Shown: positions 57,950-64,000 of the stretch, one piece after another
Layout: every line of letters begins with the position of its first letter
How positions within the stretch are numbered: position 1 is the stretch's first letter
Source: Naegleria gruberi
Lineage: Eukaryota
Length of the DNA stretch: 64,000 bases
Reading direction: 5' to 3' (one strand)
Assembly (NCBI GenBank): GCA_000004985.1
Contig: GG738857.1
The notes under the pieces: generated by a model
The model's database searches: none
Told to the model about the DNA's origin: nothing
Seen by the model: the letters and a program-made list of their open reading frames with translations, nothing else
Program-made: the position numbers and the translations under genes

Positions 57950-58779
57950 TTCTACTTACGCACCACCACACATTTTTTTTATATTTGTTGTGTGAAAAGA
58001 TGGTTTTTTTCAGTTAGTACTGTTTTTGCTTAGTAGAACTTCATCTCTTTCCAAATATGAATTTTAACGCAAGTTCATTAAGGACTCTGTTTGACTATTG
58101 CATGAAACTTTATACTCAACCAAATATATATACAAATGAAAATGGTGATGTAAAAGTAATCAATCTGATAATTGTTGAACAACAACCTAAATGTTCTGAA
58201 AGCCAAAACCAAATCAATATATTGAATGATAATCATCAAAATTATTGCATTCAAAAACAATCACTGCAATATATAGAAAACAATCATTTGGTAATAGAGA
58301 AAGAAGACTCTCTTATACAATAATTGAGATGACACAAATTAAAGTTCACTGTTATCTGTGCTTTGATAAGAAAGGGTTTGCATTTTCGTATTTTTTGAAT
58401 TCCTCTTACTCCTTGCATGCACGTTATCCAAACACATATTGTTGTATGACCTTCCTTTTAAAGAATTTATACCGAATTTTGAATTAATTGCTATATTGGT
58501 ATATTGAATAGTTTTGGTGATGACCGAATTCATAAGATAATCAACACAAAATCATTGTAAACTACCAGCAGCACTGCATTCAGTCAATTTGTGCAATTTA
58601 TTAGAAATGAAACTCTTCTTCCTTTTGTCCCTTCCCTTTCGAATAACAATTTGGCAAAACGAAACAAATTTTGGCGATACCTCCAGTTCACTCATCAGAA
58701 GATTTCAACATGAAAAACTGACAATCTCTTTACAACCGTCTAAAACAGCAAAATAAATATTGTCGTTGAAGAATTTCAA

Positions 58780-60009
58780 ATGTTCCAGCACAAGTTCAGT
58801 ATTATTTTGAGTGACATTTGGCAGGACAGTGATGCATTCTTACAACCAAAGCATGTACCCACTTCCTTCAGAAAATCATCTAAAATCTTCTTGTGCTCTC
58901 ATTCTTCTTTATCAATAAACGAAACAGACGAATCTTGCCGATTTCACCCGATTTGCAATACAAAAAAAATGCTCAAGAATACACTCTCACTGCATCCATC
59001 AGTTTCCACCACCACAGAATTAATCTATTGCACTTCTCCCCCAACTCCAACTAGACCATTTTCACTTTCGTCCACACTTTCGTCTCCTTTATCCAACCAC
59101 CAAATTCCTTCCTCCAACACGACCATGAACAATATTCATACCAATAATAACAATAATCCATATCTTCACTTTCACAACAACACCATCAACAATACTTCCA
59201 TTCCATCTTCAAACTCTTCCAGCACCAGCTCAACTTCCACAACCTCTTCAACTACCATATTTAGCAGCAATCGATTTAGTTTCAATCTCACAAATCTCTT
59301 CACCACCTTCTTCACCTTGTTTCTCTTCAGTTGTTACTTTTTTTCAGTGACTTATCATTGGTTAAATTTATATCCAAATTCAGTTGGTTTTCCTTTGGGT
59401 TTAAAATTTTTATTTTTGAATCAGGAACCTGAGAATGTTTTTTCATTGATTGATCAGATGCAACAGTTTGGAAGGGATCATCAGAAAAGTTTGGATTTTA
59501 TTCATGTTTTTGTGACAATTCCACTTTTTACATGTTTTGTGTTGGGATTGTGGTTTGATTCGTTTTTGAGTTCAAATTCGAATCATTATTCGAATCATCA
59601 TAATTCATACCTGATGAAAATTGGTGTTTGTTTCATGATTGGATTGCAATTGTTACTGTCTTGGATGGAAAAGATAATGATTATGGTCTTGTTGGAGAAA
59701 CATCCATTCGATGTTCGAATCATTGGAAAGAATCCACTGATGAGAGCTGTGAAAGATGTTGAAATTTTAAATTTAACATCAAAAGCTTCATTCATATTGG
59801 GTTTCTTGTTGGTTTTGGGTGGATTCTTGTCTATTCATTATAAGAATAATCAACAGCAACAATATTCAGATTCGTCTAGTTTATTTAATCATTCATTAGC
59901 ATACGAAAGTGTCAATTCATCATCACAGAAGGGATCTAATTTTCTAAATTTTGCAAATACTAGATTTCGTTCTGCTAGTGCTCATCAACAGTACAAAGAT
60001 ATTCTCTAA
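58780..60009 (+). CDS. Low-complexity Ser/Thr/Asn-rich multi-TM protein (409 aa)
   Basis: Long Ser/Thr/Asn tracts are followed by at least 4 hydrophobic helices. Confidence 0.45.
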   Translation: MFQHKFSIILSDIWQDSDAFLQPKHVPTSFRKSSKIFLCSHSSLSINETDESCRFHPICNTKKMLKNTLSLHPSVSTTTELIYCTSPPTPTRPFSLSSTLSSPLSNHQIPSSNTTMNNIHTNNNNNPYLHFHNNTINNTSIPSSNSSSTSSTSTTSSTTIFSSNRFSFNLTNLFTTFFTLFLFSCYFFSVTYHWLNLYPNSVGFPLGLKFLFLNQEPENVFSLIDQMQQFGRDHQKSLDFIHVFVTIPLFTCFVLGLWFDSFLSSNSNHYSNHHNSYLMKIGVCFMIGLQLLLSWMEKIMIMVLLEKHPFDVRIIGKNPLMRAVKDVEILNLTSKASFILGFLLVLGGFLSIHYKNNQQQQYSDSSSLFNHSLAYESVNSSSQKGSNFLNFANTRFRSASAHQQYKDIL

Positions 60010-60459
60010 TTCTTCAGTTGCAACAAGAAGGTCATTTGGATTACTCGAGTTTCGAATAGATAGTTAACATGATTTCGGGAACAAGTGCATCATCAATTCT
60101 CACAATCTTCTAATTAATAGACCGACTCTTTGGAGGTTTACAAACATCGAGTTGCAACACCGATGTAACTTTCTAATAAAATTTAAATGATTATAATAGT
60201 CAATAATAATTGTATTTACAAAATCTTTGAAATTTACAGTTTTTTGTGGAGGTCACCAAATTAATCCATTAAAGATGTTGAATATTTGAATATTCGAATG
60301 TGGTATCCTATTCCTGTAGTTGATTTCACTTCGACTTTTTACACAAATATTTGTTTACAAAACTGCTAGAAAAGTATGATTTGGAATAATTGGTTATCAT
60401 GTACTGCTATGTTAAAAGTTTTATGGGAAGTTTACAATTCATCTCTCAAAAATCATAAA

Positions 60460-61011
60460 ATGTCAAATTCAAAAAACACAAACGAACAATCTGTTGGGAA
60501 CAGTCGGTGCAGGAACCATCGGAGCAACAGTTGCAGGAGCCACGACCTATGTAGGTGTGCCACTCGTTGTTTCATCATTGGGTTTTGGATCGGGTGGAGT
60601 GGTGGCTGGAACGACAGCAGCTGGCATGATGAGTGCTGCAGGAAATGTGGCTGCTGGTAGTTTGGTGGCTGGATTGCAGTCAGTTGGTGCTACAGGTAAG
60701 TTTAAATTATTTGTTTGTTTGATTGATTGAATTTGTTTGAATTATATAATTGGGTTGACGAATTTCGATTTGGATGAATAGGAGCTGTGGCTCTTGGAAC
60801 GACTGTTTTGCCAGTTACATTGGTGGTTGGTGCTGGAGTGGCAGTTGGATATCATTATTGGAATAAGAAGGGTGACAACACATCATCATCAACAACAATT
60901 GATGAAAATAAGACAAATGAAGAGAATGATAAGTTTGGTGGATCAACCAATGAAGAGAATGATAATAGTAATAATGGAAATTCGAGCAAACCATGGTGGA
61001 AAGTATGGTAA
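60460..61011 (+). CDS. IFI6/IFI27 (ISG12)-family small membrane protein, 2 exons, with apparent +1 frameshift just after the ATG
   Basis: 'GVVAGTTAAGMMSAAGNVAAGSLVAGLQSVGATG' matches the Ifi-6-16 signature ([40 protein letters not shown]). The 86-bp intron, 60696-60781, runs GTAAGT...AG. The only ATG (60460, 'MSNSKN...') is offset by +1 from the domain frame, and an A6 run (60471-60476) lies between them. Confidence 0.6.
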
Positions 61012-61167
61012 TTGGTCTAATCTCTTTGAAATAATCTCTGTACATTAAATATATTCTTGTATTATTAAAATTATTGGAATAGGATAAAAAGAAACTATTC
61101 CATATTCATTATACTTGACTAGACATGACCACTCAAATATTATGACTCCATACATATATCCAAAAAG

Positions 61168-62157
61168 TTATAGGATAAACAATAGGAAGAATTCAGAAAG
61201 TGACAACAAGTTATTTCTCATCTTGGGGAAATAAATATTTCCCATCTTTTCACTTGCTAAAATGTCAGGCTTATTGAGGAATTGTTTCATGAGATCTACG
61301 TCTTGTTTACTGAATTTTTCATCTTCAGTTCTTTGTAGAGCTTGTTCAATGGCTGATTGAATAACGGATTTTTGAAATTCATTTGCAAAACTTATTTGAA
61401 TTGGAAATCTTTGGAATGGAACTTCAAATAGAATGGAAGATTCATTACAATAATTTGCTAATTGTACGAATATTTCAATTAAACTTTCAGTGTCCATGTA
61501 CTTGATGATGAGAACATCGTGTTCTTGTGTTGAATGACCTTTGAACCATTGCCAGACATCCATTTCACTAATTGGAATCATTTTCATTGGAAGAAGAATA
61601 TTGGAAAAGTCTTCCTTGGCCTTTTCCATATATTCTATTGCTTTCGAATATTCCAATCTTCTATTATTGAACTCGTTCAATGTCTTGACATTGGAACAAT
61701 ACAATTTTTTCGACAATTCACTATGAATACCATATCCAAAACAATCATAACTTGGATAAATTGAAAATAATGTTTTGTACAATCCAGGTTGTCTAATAAT
61801 CTTTCCATCACATTTTCTATGAATAATAATTGGTAAATATTTCATTTCCAACTGATTGTCCAATGTTAATTCCTTCGGATTGTTTCCAAATAGCTTTAAC
61901 GAATCAAAAGCAGCACTTGTTATTGCATCATACTTTCCACACCATGAACTATTCCAAAATTGTTTAAATTGACGATTAGGATTTAATCTCTTCATCATAT
62001 TTTCTGTAGAATTATTGGATTGTTGTTGTTGTTCATTTACTGATGATAGAATAGTTGTTGTAGAAAATGATCGGAAATTCTTGATCAAGAAAAATTGATT
62101 GGAAAAAAATTGATTTTTCGAGAGATGAGAAAATGGGAGGGGTCTGAGTTTTTGCAT
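61168..62157 (-). CDS. Hypothetical protein (329 aa), possible mitochondrial presequence
   Basis: Clean ORF. The N-terminus is 'MQKLRPLPFSHLSKNQFF...RSFSTTTILSS', Arg/Ser/Phe-rich with no acidic residues. Confidence 0.5.
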   Translation of the reverse strand: MQKLRPLPFSHLSKNQFFSNQFFLIKNFRSFSTTTILSSVNEQQQQSNNSTENMMKRLNPNRQFKQFWNSSWCGKYDAITSAAFDSLKLFGNNPKELTLDNQLEMKYLPIIIHRKCDGKIIRQPGLYKTLFSIYPSYDCFGYGIHSELSKKLYCSNVKTLNEFNNRRLEYSKAIEYMEKAKEDFSNILLPMKMIPISEMDVWQWFKGHSTQEHDVLIIKYMDTESLIEIFVQLANYCNESSILFEVPFQRFPIQISFANEFQKSVIQSAIEQALQRTEDEKFSKQDVDLMKQFLNKPDILASEKMGNIYFPKMRNNLLSLSEFFLLFIL

Positions 62158-62266
62158 TTTTTTCTATCTTAAAAAAAGATCTCTAATTAAGATATTTAAA
62201 TTCTATCAATACAAATCAAAATGGAAGTTCCAAAATATTTGATATGAAAATAATCAATGTAAAAGA

Positions 62267-62340
62267 TGCCTCCCTTGGGAATCGAACCCAAGACCTCTGT
62301 CTTACTAGGACAGCGCTACTGCCAACTGAGCTAGGAAGGC
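62267..62340 (-). tRNA. tRNA-Thr (anticodon AGU)
   Basis: The reverse complement reads GCCTTCCTAGCTCAGTTGGCAGTAGCGCTGTCCTAGTAAGACAGAGGTCTTGGGTTCGATTCCCAAGGGAGGCA. It has a 7-bp acceptor stem with one G-U pair, an anticodon stem CTGTC/GACAG around loop CTAGTAA, a T-arm TTGGG/CCCAA with a TTCGATT loop, and discriminator A. Confidence 0.9.
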
Positions 62341-62507
62341 CACATTCATTAAAAATCCCTTAATGAAATTGTGCTAACCATCATTAACAAAGATTAGAAT
62401 TTAAAGAATACGTATTTGTCTTAAATTGTGTTTTTGTTTTTAATCAAGTCTTTCAATGGTTGAGAATGTTCATTATTTCGTTTGGAACTTTTCAAAACTC
62501 AAAAAAA

Positions 62508-64000
62508 ATGCAACACCCACTCACAGATGTCAAATTTTCATTTCTTGTTGATGAAACATCAACAATAGGAAACTCGCATGATGACCTGATGGGAAAGTTT
62601 CATGATACTTTAAATTATTCCTTCCGATCCCATAAAAATCGTGCCTATCAACTTGAATGTGAATTGTTGGAGATTTTACTTCACGGAAATTATCATAATC
62701 ATGTTATGAAGAATAGTTTTGAGATTGCAGATCCGTATCGATCAGTAATAATTCAATTGATTTCAAAGTGTAATATTGGTAGTGGTTGTGTGAAATTTTT
62801 ATCGGATCGATGGAAGAGAGATCGAGAATTAATGAAAATTGCACTGAGTGTTAACGGTTATCAATTTGATGAAATGTTGCCAGAATTCCAGAAAGATAGA
62901 GAGTTGATTTTGATGGCAATTAGAAATGAGAAGCAATCGCTGGTAGACAAACACTCTCCAGAGAAAATTATCACACAAATATTGAGCGATTTTAGTGAAG
63001 ATATAGAGCTTATGATGGAATGTTGTAAGAAGAAAAGACTTTGCTTTTATTATCTCAGTGAAAAATTGAGAGATAATGAAGAGTTTGCTGCATTTTGCTT
63101 TTCTGAATGGTGCGGTACGTCTGAAATGGATAGTCTTTCTGAGAGATTGAAAAACAACCGAGAATTCATCTCAAAAATTATTGAAATCAACCCAGAGATA
63201 GTGACCAGATGTGGAAAAGAAATTGTGGATGATGAATTAATGTTAAAAGCACTCAAATATGGTCTTTCTTTGGATCACTTGTATAACTCTCCCCTTTTGA
63301 CAAGAGAGCTAGCATTAGAATATTCCAAAACAAATCATTGGTCCTATATTCCTAAACGATTTGCCAAAGACAAAGAAATCTGTTTAAATATTGTTGAAAA
63401 ATATGGTTCCAGATTAACAAATCTGGATAGTGAAATGCAATATGATATGGATGTTGTTAAGGTTGCAGTGAAGAACTATCCGCACGTTTTTAAAGACCTA
63501 CCAGAAGAAGTGAAGTTACAATTTGCTAAATCTTGCCGTGAAACAATCATTGATATTGTACATAATGATTCAAACTATCATCTTTATAACTATTTCAAGA
63601 ATTACATGGGAGAGGACATTGATTTTTATGTTTTTGCCTATACCAAAGACTGTAATTGCAATCCTCCAGCATCTTTATTAGAAAATAGAGAATTCACTTT
63701 GAAATGTCTGCTACAAAATCATTTACGGATCAAAGTACCAGCTCAATATAAAACAGATACAGAAATCATCAATGCCTATTGGAATTGTAAAAAAAATCCA
63801 ACAAGGAGAATCGAATGGGATTGGGAGATTATTCTTCAAAATTCTGAAATCACAATGGAAGCTTTAGAAAGTTGGTCCAATGAAGAAAAATTTGATTTAG
63901 AAGTTACCCAATTTGAAAATGCCTCTCTAGATATATTATCAAATAGAAAAATCATTCTATTGGCAGCCAAGAATGAATTACTTTCCAATATTTCAATTCT
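62508..64000 (+). CDS. DUF4116-repeat protein (3' partial, ≥497 aa, runs off the window)
   Basis: Open frame from ATG 62508 to the window end with no stop. Repeated ~35-aa modules of the form 'DREL(M/I)xxA(L/I)xxNGxx(F/L)...(D/E)ExxxDxE(L/I)xLxA(I/V)', for example 'DRELMKIALSVNGYQFDEMLPEFQKDRELILMAIRNE'. It is absent from the ORF track because the end is not reached. Confidence 0.65.
   Translation, partial: MQHPLTDVKFSFLVDETSTIGNSHDDLMGKFHDTLNYSFRSHKNRAYQLECELLEILLHGNYHNHVMKNSFEIADPYRSVIIQLISKCNIGSGCVKFLSDRWKRDRELMKIALSVNGYQFDEMLPEFQKDRELILMAIRNEKQSLVDKHSPEKIITQILSDFSEDIELMMECCKKKRLCFYYLSEKLRDNEEFAAFCFSEWCGTSEMDSLSERLKNNREFISKIIEINPEIVTRCGKEIVDDELMLKALKYGLSLDHLYNSPLLTRELALEYSKTNHWSYIPKRFAKDKEICLNIVEKYGSRLTNLDSEMQYDMDVVKVAVKNYPHVFKDLPEEVKLQFAKSCRETIIDIVHNDSNYHLYNYFKNYMGEDIDFYVFAYTKDCNCNPPASLLENREFTLKCLLQNHLRIKVPAQYKTDTEIINAYWNCKKNPTRRIEWDWEIILQNSEITMEALESWSNEEKFDLEVTQFENASLDILSNRKIILLAAKNELLSNISI

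Noticed and set aside
60376-60660. 94-aa ORF 'MIWNNWLSCTAML...CRNHRSNSCRSHDLCRC' overlapping the IFI27-like gene
   Set aside because: It contains the only ATG (60460) but is otherwise an out-of-frame reading of the Gly/Ala-rich domain. I treated it as evidence for a frameshift, not as a separate gene.

Overview
This 64 kb window looks like the left end of a nuclear scaffold from a low-GC (about one-third GC), gene-dense eukaryote with short GT-AG introns. I resolved introns of 42, 46, 48, 53, 56, 70 and 86 bp.

The first 11.4 kb is telomeric and subtelomeric. It holds three same-orientation tracts of a CCCAAA/TTTGGG hexamer, two of them followed by a copy of the same ~0.6-0.75 kb subtelomeric element. 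It also holds two arrays of a 315-bp satellite, a ~110-bp boundary repeat and four runs of N (assembly gaps). Any ORF in the supplied track that crosses these regions is an artefact.

From 11.5 kb to the end there are about 30 protein-coding genes on both strands and one tRNA-Thr(AGU). I could support these calls:
- two F-box-like proteins
- a small PARP-type ADP-ribosyltransferase
- a three-exon, ~1270-aa polytopic membrane protein
- a CRT-like transporter
- two tandem eIF5A paralogues, one of which has the hypusine lysine replaced by arginine
- a receptor-like protein kinase with a PMP-repeat ectodomain
- an RNI-type LRR protein
- a probably GPI-anchored Kelch-like propeller protein
- a very large gene combining bulb lectin, EGF repeats, a GAIN/GPS site, seven transmembrane helices and a C-terminal RGS domain, which the ORF track splits at a gap
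- a KCTD/BTB protein
- a membrane FAD monooxygenase resembling squalene epoxidase, two exons
- an APH/choline-kinase-like phosphotransferase
- palmitoyl-protein thioesterase 1, three exons
- GH63 glucosidase I
- a TPR/F-box protein
- an IFI27/ISG12-like protein with an apparent frameshift
- a DUF4116 repeat protein

The domain repertoire and the poly-Q/N tracts resemble Amoebozoa (dictyostelid-like). I cannot assign a species from sequence alone.
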